Shown here one piece after another: positions 1-9,521 of a stretch of DNA of 64,000 bases. Source of the stretch: Eubacteriales bacterium (GTDB lineage Bacteria; Bacillota; Clostridia; Oscillospirales; CAG-382); assembly GCA_045636285.1 (NCBI GenBank), contig JAZTXJ010000007.1, positions 35,032 to 99,031 of the forward strand. The letters run 5' to 3'. The notes below the pieces were generated by a model. That model did not search any database, was not told where the DNA came from, and saw nothing but the letters and a program-made list of their open reading frames with translations. The position numbers and the translations under genes are program-made. The stretch's first letter is position 1. The number at the start of each line of letters is the position of its first letter.

Positions 1-1796
1 CGAGAAGAAATCTCGTGCTCAAGCTTATGCTCGAGCAGGGCAAGATAACCGAAGAGCAGTTCAACGAAGCCTATGACGCACCCATAACACTTGCCGACGG
101 AAGCGACGAAGAATATTCCGAAAACGTCCACTCCTATTATATCGACGCCGTTATGGACGACGTAATAGAAGACCTTATGGCAGAATACGGATACGATAAG
201 CTTACCGCATCGCAGGTGCTTTATTCCGGCGGCTTGCAGATCGTTACCTGCCTTGATCCCGTTATTCAGGACTGTGCCGAAAAGGTATTTACCGACAGCA
301 GCTATTGGCCCGAAACCTCGGGTATGCAGGCGCAGTCTGCGATCTGTATTATGGATCCCTCGTCGGGCGATCTGCTCGCAATAGTCGGCGGCTTGGGCGA
401 AAAGCGCGAAAGCCGCGGTCTTAACCGTGCAACCCATTCCTACCGTCAGTGCGGTTCTTCGATAAAGCCCTTATCGATATACGCGCTTGCACTCGAAAAC
501 GGAGTTATATCTCCGAGCACGCCCGTAGATGACGTCCCCCCCGTTTATTACGAAGATACCGAAACCTACTGGCCCCGCAACTCCAGCAACAAATACGTCG
601 GACTCGTTTCGCCCGACTATGCGATACAGCAATCGCTCAATACGATAGTTGTAAGGCTTTGCGAAAAAATGGGTGTCGAAAGCGTTTACAGCAACCTTAA
701 ATCCTACGGCTATACCACCCTTGTCGATTCGATGACGCTCGCAAACGGCACCATACTTTCGGATATAAACACTTCGCCTCTTGCGCTCGGCGGTCTTACC
801 AAGGGCGTTACCGTGCGCGAGCACACGCAGGCTTATGCGACTCTTGCAAACCGCGGTATTACGTCGAAGGCACGCACCTATTCGGTCGTGCGCGACAGCA
901 CGGGCAAGGTAATACTCGACAACAGCGAACAGCACGAGGTTAAATACCGCGAAACCACCACGGCGATACTTACCGAAATGCTCACCCACGTTGTAGAAAG
1001 CGGTACCGCCGCTTCGCGCATTACCTTCTGGAAGAATTACGGCTTGGAGGTAGCGGGCAAAACCGGTACCACCAACGACAAGAAGGACGTTTACTTTGCG
1101 GGCTACACCCCCGATTTCGTTGCTTGTTGCTGGTACGGCTATGACCGAAACAACGTTATCACCACTTCGGGTAACCCTGCCGCAAGCCTTTGGAACAGCG
1201 TTTTCAAGGAAATATACAAATATTACGAATCCAACGATATAAGCTATCAAAAATCGTTTGACGTTCCCGCCTCCTGCGTTTCGGATATCGAATACTGCAC
1301 GGTTTCGGGCAAGCTTGCAACCGATGCCTGCCGCAACGACCTTTATCATCTTCAGGGCGGCGGAAGCTGTATCGCAAAGGGTATGTTTGAATCGAGCAAA
1401 GCTCCCACCGAATATTGCGATAAGCATATTATGCTTCAGTGGGACCAGGTAACAGGCGGCATCTGCCTTGACGGCTGTGCTTGTCCTCAATCGAACCTTA
1501 TCAACGTCGGCTTCCGTGTGATGACTCTTGCCGACCGTGCCCTCATCGGCAGCGTTAAGGTCGAAGACGCGCAATACACTTATATGGAAGTCGGCGAAGG
1601 ATATATTTATCCGACCAGCCCCGACGTGCCCTTCTTCCAGAATATGTTCCCCGAAAATATCAGCTTCGGATATTCGGTAACCGAAAGACCGGCAAACCGT
1701 GTCTGCACCGAACACCTTGTATCGAACCCCGTATTGCCCGAAATACCCGAAGATCCCTTCTTACCCACAGATCCTTCAACCCCCGTATTGCCTTAA
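1..1796 (+). CDS. Class A penicillin-binding protein (PBP1A-like), transpeptidase half; 5' end outside window
   Basis: ORF 15..1796 stays open in frame to the window edge; transpeptidase motifs SSIKP (SxxK), SLN (SxN), KTGTT (KTG); Cys-rich C-terminal tail; hairpin terminator follows. Confidence 0.85.
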   Translation, partial: RRNLVLKLMLEQGKITEEQFNEAYDAPITLADGSDEEYSENVHSYYIDAVMDDVIEDLMAEYGYDKLTASQVLYSGGLQIVTCLDPVIQDCAEKVFTDSSYWPETSGMQAQSAICIMDPSSGDLLAIVGGLGEKRESRGLNRATHSYRQCGSSIKPLSIYALALENGVISPSTPVDDVPPVYYEDTETYWPRNSSNKYVGLVSPDYAIQQSLNTIVVRLCEKMGVESVYSNLKSYGYTTLVDSMTLANGTILSDINTSPLALGGLTKGVTVREHTQAYATLANRGITSKARTYSVVRDSTGKVILDNSEQHEVKYRETTTAILTEMLTHVVESGTAASRITFWKNYGLEVAGKTGTTNDKKDVYFAGYTPDFVACCWYGYDRNNVITTSGNPAASLWNSVFKEIYKYYESNDISYQKSFDVPASCVSDIEYCTVSGKLATDACRNDLYHLQGGGSCIAKGMFESSKAPTEYCDKHIMLQWDQVTGGICLDGCACPQSNLINVGFRVMTLADRALIGSVKVEDAQYTYMEVGEGYIYPTSPDVPFFQNMFPENISFGYSVTERPANRVCTEHLVSNPVLPEIPEDPFLPTDPSTPVLP

Positions 1797-1817
1797 CGGC
1801 TAAAAAGCATTAAATAA

Positions 1818-1859
1818 AGAGAGAGCCTTACGGAAAAACCGTTTTGCTCTCTCTTTTTT
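1818..1859. terminator. Bidirectional intrinsic terminator (PBP / VOC genes)
   Basis: Stem AGAGAGAGC (1818-26) / GCTCTCTCT (1846-54) flanked by an A-run and a T-run. Confidence 0.75.
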
Positions 1860-1909
1860 GTTATTCGTTTGTTTTTTATGCGAAAGCCGCAGCTTCGCAA
1901 GGACTTGCC

Positions 1910-2302
1910 TTATATTTCTTTGAAGAATTCAAGCAATTCGCCGTCGGGGCCGTAAACGAATGCGACGCACATTTTTATCGGCGGAACGGCATTGGGCGGG
2001 CACGCCTCGTAGGGCTCGTATTTGCTTGTTGCGCCCGCGTTTATTGCGGTGTTGTATGCAAGCTCGACGTTATCGACCTTAAAAGCAAGGTGAAGAAAAC
2101 GCTCGTCAAGGCGTTCCTTGTCCTCGCCGCCCGCGAAAATTTCGATACAGCCGCCGTCGCCCATATCGAGCATAACCGCACGCTTGTCGCCTTCGCCCCA
2201 GCGCACGCGCTCGGTAAACCCTAAAGCCTTGTAAAATTCACAGCTTTTATCGAAATCGCTTGCCTTTAATGCTATGTGGTGAAATCCCTTTACTGCGTTC
2301 AT
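1910..2302 (-). CDS. VOC/glyoxalase-bleomycin resistance family protein
   Basis: 130 aa; N-terminus MNAVKGFHHIALKASDFDKSCEFYKALGF typical of the VOC fold; start overlaps upstream stop as ATGA (2299-2302). Confidence 0.75.
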   Translation of the reverse strand: MNAVKGFHHIALKASDFDKSCEFYKALGFTERVRWGEGDKRAVMLDMGDGGCIEIFAGGEDKERLDERFLHLAFKVDNVELAYNTAINAGATSKYEPYEACPPNAVPPIKMCVAFVYGPDGELLEFFKEI

Positions 2303-4167
2303 CTTCTTTTACCCTTTCTTTGTGCGTTGTTTTTATTTTTTACTGTTTTACGGCTTTGGTTGTCCTTCGGCTTTTCGAACCGCTTTTGCTGTTCGGGACG
2401 GACAAGGCATTCGGTGCCGAAGCCGATAAGCTCTTCCCTGCCCGCTTTAATAAGCGCCTTTCTTACAAGACCTGCATTTGCGGGGCGTGCAAACTGCAAA
2501 AGCGCGCGTTGCATCTGCTTTTCGTGGTAATCACGCGCAACGTAAACCTCTTTTCCGGTAAAGGGGTCGATGCCCGAATAGAACATACAGGTGCTCGCCG
2601 TACCCGGTGTGGGATAGAAATCCTGCACCTGCTCGGGATTCAAATGGTTTTTCTTTAAATAAAGCGCAAGCTCTATTGCAGAATCAAGCGTGCTTCCGGG
2701 GTGCGAGGAGATAAGATAAGGAACGATATACTGCTCCTTGCCCGCCTCTTTTGTAAGAAGCGCGAACTTTTCTTTGAATTTATCGTATTGCTCGATATTC
2801 GGCTTGCCCATAAGCTTGAGCACGTCGTTACAGCAATGCTCGGGCGCGACCTTCAAATGTCCGCTGACGTGGTCGTTTACAAGCTTACGGAAGAATTTAT
2901 TGTTTTTATCGGCAAGAATATAATCGTAACGCAAGCCCGAACGGATAAACACCTTTTTAACGCCCTTAACCGCTTCTATCCGCTTTAAAAGCTCGATATA
3001 TTCGCTGTGATCGACCTGCATATTTTTGCAAACGGTGGGAGTTAAGCAGTTTTTGCCCTTGCAAACGCCGAACTTCTTTGCCTTTTCACAGCCGTTTGTG
3101 CGGAAATTCGCGCTCGGACCGCCGACGTCGTGGATATATCCCTTGAAATCGGGCATTGCGGCGATAGCCTCTGCTTCGGTAACGCAGGATTCGATCGAAC
3201 GCGAGGTAACCGTTCTGCCCTGATGAAACGCAATCGAGCAGAAATTACATCCGCCGAAGCAGCCGCGGTTATGCGCGATAGAAAATTTAACCTCTTCTAT
3301 TGCGGGAACACCGCCCTCTTTTTCATATACGGGGTGATAGGTACGCATATACGGCAGAGAATAAACCGCGTCGAGCTCTTTTTTCGTGAGCGGCGGCATA
3401 GGCGGATTCTGCACGCAGATTTTATCGCCGTAGGATTCGATAATCGCTTTGCCGTATATATGGTCCTGATTGTCGGACTGGATTTTAAAAGCCCTTGCAA
3501 ACGCACGCTTATCGGTCTTTATATCGTCGTAATCGCCGCAGGATTCATATTCGAAGTGGGGAACGAAATCGCTTTTTTCGATAAAGCAGGTACCGCGCAC
3601 GTCGCGTATTTTCTTTATCGGAACACCCTTGTCGAGCAAAAAGGCGATACGGCGCAGAATATTTTCGCCCATTCCGTAGGTAAGCATATCCGCGCGTGAA
3701 TCGACAAGCACGCTTCTGCGAACGCTGTCAGACCAATAATCGTAATGTGCAAAGCGTCTGGTCGATGCTTCAAGCCCGCCTATTATAACGGGAACGTCGC
3801 CGTATGCTTCGCGTATGCGGTTACAATAAACTATAACCGCTCTGTCGGGGCGCCTTCCGATCTTTGCGCCGGGTGAATAATAATCGTCGTTTCTGCGCTT
3901 CTTCGATGCGGTATAATGTGCTACCATCGAATCGATATTGCCCGAATTGACTAAAAATGCCAAACGAGGTCGACCGAAACGCATAAAATCCTCTTTACTT
4001 TTATAGTCGGGTTGGGGTATAATAGCAACAGAGTAACCCTCCGCTTCGAGCACGCGTGAAATTATCGCTGTGCCGAACGAGGGGTGGTCAACGTATGCAT
4101 CGCCCGTGACGATAACAAAATCGGGCTGATAATCTATTTCATTCGCAAAAATAGGCAAAAACGGCAT
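2299..4167 (-). CDS. YgiQ-family (UPF0313) radical SAM protein
   Basis: Conserved N-terminus MPFLPIF..DFVIVTGDAYVDHPSFG and cluster motif CFGGCNFC; start moved from ORF-track 4440 to ATG 4167 because the extension is low-complexity and overlaps the divergent promoter. Confidence 0.85.
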   Translation of the reverse strand: MPFLPIFANEIDYQPDFVIVTGDAYVDHPSFGTAIISRVLEAEGYSVAIIPQPDYKSKEDFMRFGRPRLAFLVNSGNIDSMVAHYTASKKRRNDDYYSPGAKIGRRPDRAVIVYCNRIREAYGDVPVIIGGLEASTRRFAHYDYWSDSVRRSVLVDSRADMLTYGMGENILRRIAFLLDKGVPIKKIRDVRGTCFIEKSDFVPHFEYESCGDYDDIKTDKRAFARAFKIQSDNQDHIYGKAIIESYGDKICVQNPPMPPLTKKELDAVYSLPYMRTYHPVYEKEGGVPAIEEVKFSIAHNRGCFGGCNFCSIAFHQGRTVTSRSIESCVTEAEAIAAMPDFKGYIHDVGGPSANFRTNGCEKAKKFGVCKGKNCLTPTVCKNMQVDHSEYIELLKRIEAVKGVKKVFIRSGLRYDYILADKNNKFFRKLVNDHVSGHLKVAPEHCCNDVLKLMGKPNIEQYDKFKEKFALLTKEAGKEQYIVPYLISSHPGSTLDSAIELALYLKKNHLNPEQVQDFYPTPGTASTCMFYSGIDPFTGKEVYVARDYHEKQMQRALLQFARPANAGLVRKALIKAGREELIGFGTECLVRPEQQKRFEKPKDNQSRKTVKNKNNAQRKGKRR

Positions 4168-4246
4168 ATATAACCTCGCAAAAAGCTTTGATGCACTTAT
4201 TTTAACATCATTTTTAAAAAAAGTAAAGAAAATTATAAATTTCTTA

Positions 4247-4275
4247 TTGACAAACTTTATTATTTGTGGTATCTT
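4247..4275 (+). promoter_or_regulatory. Sigma-A-type promoter of the Fur-family/rubrerythrin operon
   Basis: TTGACA (4247-52) -17 nt- TATCTT (4270-75) with upstream TG; AT-rich repeat cttattaa..cttattaa between the -10 and the RBS could be an operator. Confidence 0.5.
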
Positions 4276-4309
4276 ATTAACAGAAATAATTCTTATTAAG
4301 GAGATGCCG

Positions 4310-4708
4310 ATGATAAAGGAACGACAAACAAAGCAAAAAGCGGTCATTCTTTCGGCGGTGCAGAGCACGAAAACACACCCCACCGCAGAACAGGTATACG
4401 ATATGATCCGCGGCGAAATGCCGAACGTAAGTCTCGGCACGGTCTACCGCAATTTGAACAAGCTCGCCGAAACGGGCACGATAAGGCGCATATCGGTAAT
4501 CAATTCCCCCGATAAATTCGACGGAGATTTAACCCCGCACCACCATATAAGCTGTACCGAATGCGGCAAATTCTGCGACTTTTTCGAAGCGGAATACAAC
4601 GAATCGCTCGACCGTTTTATCGAAGCAAAAACCAACTTCCGTATCGCAAAGCACGAAACGGTATTTTATGGCAAATGTCCCGATTGCAAGCTGATTAAGT
4701 TAAATTAA
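4310..4708 (+). CDS. Fur-family metalloregulator (PerR-like by context)
   Basis: MIKERQTKQK..HPTAEQVY..GTVYRNL winged helix; HHHISCTECGK and CPDC metal sites; GGAG RBS 6 nt upstream of ATG 4310; immediately upstream of rubrerythrin. Confidence 0.8.
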   Translation: MIKERQTKQKAVILSAVQSTKTHPTAEQVYDMIRGEMPNVSLGTVYRNLNKLAETGTIRRISVINSPDKFDGDLTPHHHISCTECGKFCDFFEAEYNESLDRFIEAKTNFRIAKHETVFYGKCPDCKLIKLN

Positions 4709-4746
4709 AAATCACAATACAACTAATTTAAAAGGAGAAAAAACAC

Positions 4747-5286
4747 ATGGAACTCAAGGGCAGCAAGACAGAACAGAATCTTATGACAGCATTCGCGGGC
4801 GAATCTCAGGCTCGCAATAAGTACACCTATTACGCAAGCGAAGCAAGAAAAGCAGGCTACACCGTTATTGCCGACATTTTTGAAGAAACCGCAGGCAACG
4901 AAAAGGAACACGCAAAGCTTTGGTTCAAAATTCTTCACGGCGACAAGGTTCCCGATACCGCTACCAACCTTCTCGATGCGGCTGAAGGCGAAAACTACGA
5001 ATGGACCGATATGTATGCAGGCTTTGCAAAGACCGCTAAAGAAGAAGGCTTCGACAGAATCGCTTATCTCTTCGAAGCAGTAGGCAAGATCGAAAAGGAA
5101 CACGAAGAAAGATACCGCGCACTTCTCGAAAAGCTCAACACCGAAACCATTTTCGTTTCCGAAGAGGTTCAGGTTTGGATCTGCACCAACTGCGGTCATA
5201 TCCACGTAGGCAAGAAGGCTCCCGAAATGTGCCCCGTTTGCCAGCATCCCAAGTCCTACTTCCAGAAGAAAGTAGACAAGTTTTAA
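4747..5286 (+). CDS. rbr: Rubrerythrin
   Basis: 179 aa; N-terminal diiron four-helix region ([17 protein letters not shown] motifs) plus C-terminal rubredoxin CTNCGH..CPVCQH; good RBS AAAGGAG. Confidence 0.9.
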   Translation: MELKGSKTEQNLMTAFAGESQARNKYTYYASEARKAGYTVIADIFEETAGNEKEHAKLWFKILHGDKVPDTATNLLDAAEGENYEWTDMYAGFAKTAKEEGFDRIAYLFEAVGKIEKEHEERYRALLEKLNTETIFVSEEVQVWICTNCGHIHVGKKAPEMCPVCQHPKSYFQKKVDKF

Positions 5287-5307
5287 TTTATAACAGTTGT
5301 AATAAGA

Positions 5308-5346
5308 AACGAGAGGAAAACAAATTGTGTTCCTCTCGTTTTTTTA
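5308..5346. terminator. Bidirectional terminator (rbr / lipoprotein)
   Basis: AACGAGAGGA / TCCTCTCGTT stem then a T-run. Confidence 0.75.
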
Positions 5347-6177
5347 TTATTCTTCGTCTGTGTTATAATAGGGGTACCACACTACCTCTTGTGTATCTAT
5401 TGTGTATTTCAAAATACCCGACATAGTGCTTATGTAATATGCGCCCTCATACTCAAGCACCGACCGGCTCTGTAAATACGGCCAATAATCCGCGGTGAAA
5501 AGCTGTGTAACGTTACCCTCCGGATCTACCTTATTGAGCGAAGTTGCGGTTGCGACAATGATGTTGTTGTCCGCATCTATCAAAAACGCTTTCGGTTCCG
5601 AATCAAGCTCTACGAATTTTTCGAACGTATATTTCTCTCCGTCGATTATCGTCAACTTATAAATGTAGCCCTTGCTTTCGGCTAAAATGCGGCTGTAATC
5701 ATATACGAAAGCATACGCAATCTTACCGTCGGGTACTATGTGGGTTTCTCCGAAAGCTTCCGTTTCTCTCGACGGTTCCAAAAATCCCACACAGTTCAAG
5801 GTGAGCAACCGTTCCCCTTCGTATCCCTCAAGCTGACTTCTGTAATCCTGACATATCGATACCCAGCCGTCAAACTCTCCGAGGTCAAGCCCGTAAAGAT
5901 AAAATCCGTTATCGAGAAGAATCATACTTGTTTCTCGATCTAATGAATACGGCTTCAAATGCAATTCGCCGCGATACGTAGTCAACTGAACGATAGGACC
6001 GCGGTATCCGTCCTCGTTCGAGAGGTTTCTAAGCCAATTAATATCCACCTCTTTCGCCTCGAGCTCGGTGAAATATCCCGATTTTATGGTAAGGACATCC
6101 TTCTTGGCGCAGGAGCAAAATACCGTCGCGCAAAGGCATACGATCAATAAACAAGCTAAAAAACGTGCTTTTTTCAT
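5347..6177 (-). CDS. Hypothetical lipoprotein
   Basis: Signal peptide with Cys (MKKARFLACLLIVCLCATVFCSCAKK); no recognised domain. Confidence 0.6.
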   Translation of the reverse strand: MKKARFLACLLIVCLCATVFCSCAKKDVLTIKSGYFTELEAKEVDINWLRNLSNEDGYRGPIVQLTTYRGELHLKPYSLDRETSMILLDNGFYLYGLDLGEFDGWVSICQDYRSQLEGYEGERLLTLNCVGFLEPSRETEAFGETHIVPDGKIAYAFVYDYSRILAESKGYIYKLTIIDGEKYTFEKFVELDSEPKAFLIDADNNIIVATATSLNKVDPEGNVTQLFTADYWPYLQSRSVLEYEGAYYISTMSGILKYTIDTQEVVWYPYYNTDEE

Positions 6178-6293
6178 ATCTGTTCCTCCGTATGTGAATA
6201 TTTGTTGTATCTATATTATAAAATACCTGCCTAAAAATGTCAATAAAATATCGAGTTTTCTCTATCAACCTCACGATGCATAAAGCAAACAAA

Positions 6294-7448
6294 TCAATCG
6301 TAATCAAACGAATCGAATATTTCCCACACGTCAAATATCGATTTAGGGCTGTCCTCGTCCTTGTTAAAGCCGAAGAATTCAAACAGCGAGGTATCTCCCT
6401 CGAAAATGCGCTTGAACATAAAGCCCGATTCCTGACTGTCCCTGCCGCCGTCCCTGAACATCGCAAGCAGCACCGTACCGAAGGTAAGCAAATAGGCGAC
6501 AAGACAGAATATCAACCCGCGCTTTAACCAATGCGAAGCTTTGCGCCGCTTTTTCTCCTCTTGCCTTGCAAGGTTTTCTCTCGAACGCTTTATCTCTGCC
6601 TCCCTGCGCTCTTTATCGGCTTGGTTTTGCAGGAATTTATTTTGTGCAAAGCGCGATTTGTCGTGATAACGTATCGCGGTCGGCTGTGAAGCGAGCTCTT
6701 TTTTGCGTTCGTCGATCGCCTCCTCGCTTATAAGCTCCTTTTGAAGCTCGCGCGGGCGCAGACATTTAACGCAGGCTTCGCTTTCGCGCAGATTTTTGTG
6801 TCCGCAGCAGCAAAGCCAGCCCGAATCCGAAAATACCGGAAGGTTTTTTGTCGGGAACACCGATTCCGAGCGGGCAAAGCTTTTTTCTTGCAGTAATATG
6901 CGCTTGGCGATCTCGTCGAGCTCGGAAAAGACTCTTCCCCTGCCGCTTAATAAAATTTCCCGCCGTACCGCTTCGCAGTTTTCAAGCTCGATTTCGGTAA
7001 TATAAAAGGCAATATCGGTATAACTGCTTTCGGGCAGAGGAATATAAGCCCCTTCCCCGAAAACCTCGCCGCAGAGCACCGATTTCCGCTCCAGCGCTTC
7101 GCGCTCCTTCAACGCCTTGCTTCCCGAATATATTTTTCCGAACGTCAAATCGTTTTCGGAATACTCAAAAAAGACCGAGGTATAGGGGATATTCTGGTAG
7201 TAATAAAAATCGAGCCGCACGCAAAGCCGTTTGAGCGGTTGCTCGGACAGATTTTTAAAGGTAAGCTCGGCAAATATGCCCCAACTGTCGCGGTCGGCGA
7301 GTATGTTGCTTTCTATCGGCTGTATCTTGCAGTTTTCGAGCATATACGGGTGCTCAAAATGCTTCACCACGCGCATATCGCGCTCTTTATCGGCGCGTAC
7401 CCGCGCAAAATCGGCTTTTCTTTTTATTTTTTCTTCCCGATTTTCCAT
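6294..7448 (-). CDS. Hypothetical protein with zinc-ribbon-like CCCGH..CVKC motif, charged coiled-coil region and C-terminal TM helix
   Basis: 384-aa ORF with GAGGTGA RBS; Lys/Arg/Glu-rich segment then LIFCLVAYLLTFGTVLLAMF helix; no family recognised. Confidence 0.5.
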   Translation of the reverse strand: MENREEKIKRKADFARVRADKERDMRVVKHFEHPYMLENCKIQPIESNILADRDSWGIFAELTFKNLSEQPLKRLCVRLDFYYYQNIPYTSVFFEYSENDLTFGKIYSGSKALKEREALERKSVLCGEVFGEGAYIPLPESSYTDIAFYITEIELENCEAVRREILLSGRGRVFSELDEIAKRILLQEKSFARSESVFPTKNLPVFSDSGWLCCCGHKNLRESEACVKCLRPRELQKELISEEAIDERKKELASQPTAIRYHDKSRFAQNKFLQNQADKERREAEIKRSRENLARQEEKKRRKASHWLKRGLIFCLVAYLLTFGTVLLAMFRDGGRDSQESGFMFKRIFEGDTSLFEFFGFNKDEDSPKSIFDVWEIFDSFDYD

Positions 7449-7483
7449 AAAATCACCTCACGGTAAGAGCCTAACACAAAATA

Positions 7484-7536
7484 GTAAAGAAAACGGTAAA
7501 GAAAAGTGTAAAGATTTCGTAAAGATTTCGTAAAGA
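7484..7536. promoter_or_regulatory. Five phased GTAAAGA direct repeats abutting a -35 element
   Basis: GTAAAGA at 7484, 7496, 7508, 7519 and 7530 (spacing 12, 12, 11, 11); degenerate GTAAGAG at 7463. Confidence 0.6.
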
Positions 7537-7543
7537 TTGATAC

Positions 7544-7572
7544 TTGAAAAAAAACAAAGCAGGTGATATAAT
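7544..7572 (+). promoter_or_regulatory. Promoter of the PAP2-like gene
   Basis: TTGAAA (7544-49) -17- TATAAT (7567-72) with TG extended -10. Confidence 0.55.
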
Positions 7573-7598
7573 CGAAAAAAGCAAAGGGAGGTCGAATA

Positions 7599-8273
7599 AT
7601 GAAAAAAATAGGCGAATTTATAAAACAACACAAATATTGCCTCATTCTGCTTTATTGGCCGTTTCACTCGCTTTGGTACGAAATACTGCGTATAGCCTAC
7701 CCTTCAGACGAAAGCGTGCTTATTGTCGAAAGCGCGCTCGACCATAAAATCCCCTTCTGCGAATGGTTTTTGATTCCGTACGTTATTTGGTACTTCTGCA
7801 TTGCATACGTTATCGTTTATCCGCTTTTTAAGGATAAGCGCGAATTCTGGCGTGCGAACCTTTTGGTAGACGGCTGTATGATACTGCCGATGATATTCTG
7901 CACCATCGTCCCGAACGGTATCGATACCGCGCTCCGTCCCGATTTCGCAACGCTCGGGCGCGAAAATATACTCACTTGGGGCGTTCAGCTTATCTATGCC
8001 GCCGATTCGCCTCCCAGAAACTGTATGCCCTCTATGCACGTTTCGGTCGCGTGGGCAATGTTTTTTGTTATACTGCAAAGCAAGATTATGCTCAAAAAGC
8101 CGATATACAAGGCACTTTTCGGTGTTTTTGCGATTCTCGTTTCGCTTGCGACGGTGTTTATCAAGCAACACAGCATTCTCGACGTTTTTGCAGGCTTCGG
8201 CGTCGGCGTCTTGGTCTTTTTGATCGTTTTTGTCGCAGAAAAAATATACGATAAGAAAAAATCGACGGTTTGA
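7599..8273 (+). CDS. PAP2-superfamily-like integral membrane protein
   Basis: 224 aa, about 5-6 TM helices, PSMHVSVAW motif resembling the PAP2 C2/C3 histidine motif; RBS AAGGGAGG. Confidence 0.5.
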   Translation: MKKIGEFIKQHKYCLILLYWPFHSLWYEILRIAYPSDESVLIVESALDHKIPFCEWFLIPYVIWYFCIAYVIVYPLFKDKREFWRANLLVDGCMILPMIFCTIVPNGIDTALRPDFATLGRENILTWGVQLIYAADSPPRNCMPSMHVSVAWAMFFVILQSKIMLKKPIYKALFGVFAILVSLATVFIKQHSILDVFAGFGVGVLVFLIVFVAEKIYDKKKSTV

Positions 8274-8287
8274 CCGTCGATTTTTTG
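8256..8287. terminator. Bidirectional terminator (PAP2-like / oxidoreductase)
   Basis: AAAAAA TCGACGG tttga CCGTCGA TTTTTT. Confidence 0.75.
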
Positions 8288-8296
8288 TTTGTTCAT

Positions 8297-9358
8297 TTAT
8301 TTAATAATAACTTCGTGGCCGGTTCTTGCGGATTCGTAAATCGCATCGAGAATCTTCATAAGAACTACGCCGTCCTCCGCGGGAGAGATGCATTCGCAGT
8401 TGCCGAGGCAGGAATCAACAAAGTGCTGAATTTCACGCGAGAAAAGTCCGTCGAAATTGAGCGCGGTATCGCCGAAGGGCTTTATATCCACGAAAACGCC
8501 GTTCATGTCGCCGAAGTATTCAACCTGCGGGCTGATCTTTGCGCCTGCTTTCGTACCGAAGAGCTCGATTTCGCCGCGGTCGTTTTTAAGATTGAGCTTG
8601 AAGGATGCTTCGACCGAAAGGGTAAGACCGTTATCAAAGCGAACCATTGCAGCCGCCATTTCTTCGACGTTGTATTTGAAATCAAAGCCCGTAGTGGTGG
8701 AAACCCAGCTCTGACCGCCGCCTGCGCGGTTGGGGTCGAGGTTATTGTAGGTTACGCCGTATGCCGAAACGGGCTTGGGGTTACCTGCGAGGAAGCGAAC
8801 AAGGTCGATAACGTGAACGCCGAGGTCGAAAAGAGGACCGCCGCCCGAATATTCCTTATCGCCGAACCAGCCGCCGGGACAGCCGTTGCGACGGAGATAG
8901 CTTGCCTTTGCATAGTAAAGGTCGCCCATGGTGCCGCCGTCGATGAATTTGCGGATAAGGTCTGCATCGTTACCGAAGCGGCGAACGAAGCCAACCATCA
9001 AAATTTTGCCGTTCTTTTTAGCGCATTCGAGCATTTCTTCCGCTTCTGCGGTGTTCATTGCCATAGGCTTTTCGCAAAGAACGTGACAGCCTGCGTTGAG
9101 CGCCGCAATAGTCGCGGGCTTGTGCGAGGAGTTCCAGGTGCAGACCGAAACTGCATCGAACTTTTCCTTTGCGAACATTTCGTTAAAATCGGTATAGTAT
9201 GCGGGCACGCCGTATTTTTCCGCATAGTTTTTCGCCTTGTTTTCGTCAAGGTCGCAGACTGCAACGATTTCGCATTTTTCGGGAATTGTTTTATAACCGT
9301 GTGTGTGGCTGTTGCTTATACCGCCCGTGCCGATAATCGCAATTCTGAGCTTTTCCAT
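8297..9358 (-). CDS. Gfo/Idh/MocA-family NAD(P)-dependent oxidoreductase
   Basis: N-terminal Rossmann motif RIAIIGTGGISNSH and EKP motif (VLCEKPMA). Confidence 0.85.
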   Translation of the reverse strand: MEKLRIAIIGTGGISNSHTHGYKTIPEKCEIVAVCDLDENKAKNYAEKYGVPAYYTDFNEMFAKEKFDAVSVCTWNSSHKPATIAALNAGCHVLCEKPMAMNTAEAEEMLECAKKNGKILMVGFVRRFGNDADLIRKFIDGGTMGDLYYAKASYLRRNGCPGGWFGDKEYSGGGPLFDLGVHVIDLVRFLAGNPKPVSAYGVTYNNLDPNRAGGGQSWVSTTTGFDFKYNVEEMAAAMVRFDNGLTLSVEASFKLNLKNDRGEIELFGTKAGAKISPQVEYFGDMNGVFVDIKPFGDTALNFDGLFSREIQHFVDSCLGNCECISPAEDGVVLMKILDAIYESARTGHEVIIK

Positions 9359-9416
9359 TTTTCAATTCTTCGCGGCGAGCCCTGCTCGTTCGCGTTTCCT
9401 TTCGTGTACTATCTTG

Positions 9417-9445
9417 ATAATATTATCATTTTCCCCTTTTGTCAA
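9417..9445 (-). promoter_or_regulatory. Promoter of the Gfo/Idh/MocA gene, with overlapping 14-bp palindrome
   Basis: Minus strand TTGACA (9445-40) -17- TATTAT (9422-17); perfect palindrome TGATAATATTATCA at 9415-9428 covers the -10. Confidence 0.55.
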
Positions 9446-9492
9446 GATATGTCTATAAAAATAAAAATTTTTAACAAAATAATACTTTTCTA

Positions 9493-9521
9493 TTGACAAT
9501 CGCGTGATTGTATGTTATAAT
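9493..9521 (+). promoter_or_regulatory. Consensus promoter of DUF805-A
   Basis: TTGACA -17- TATAAT; spacer contains the palindrome CAATCgcgtGATTG. Confidence 0.65.

Noticed and set aside
471-1715. 414-aa antisense ORF opposite the PBP gene. Similar long shadow ORFs are in the track at 8270..9496, 18804..19964, 21407..22591, 42961..43977 and 53592..54536.
   Set aside because: Each lies antisense to an ORF with clear family motifs (SxxK/KTG, Rossmann fold, H-box, GDS, GHMP etc.). Their translations are low-complexity (Val/Ala/Arg/Phe-rich) with no RBS or recognisable motifs. They are typical frame shadows of codon-biased genes.
4168-4440. N-terminal 91-codon extension of the YgiQ ORF given by the ORF track (start at 4440).
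   Set aside because: The conserved YgiQ N-terminus begins at the ATG at 4167. The extension is hydrophobic and low-complexity, and it overlaps the divergent Fur-family promoter and coding start.
7484-7536. Possibility that the short direct repeats here, or the 18-bp repeats at 16091-16198, are a CRISPR array.
   Set aside because: The repeats are 7-18 bp with no unique spacers of about 30 bp. One set is in-frame coding sequence, and there are no cas genes in the window.
9415-9428. TGATAATATTATCA read as a Fur box. A Fur-family gene is present at 4310..4708.
   Set aside because: The canonical Fur/PerR/Zur core is 7-1-7 (TGATAATnATTATCA, 15 bp). This site is 7-0-7 (14 bp), so the assignment is unsafe. 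It is kept only as an unassigned palindromic operator.
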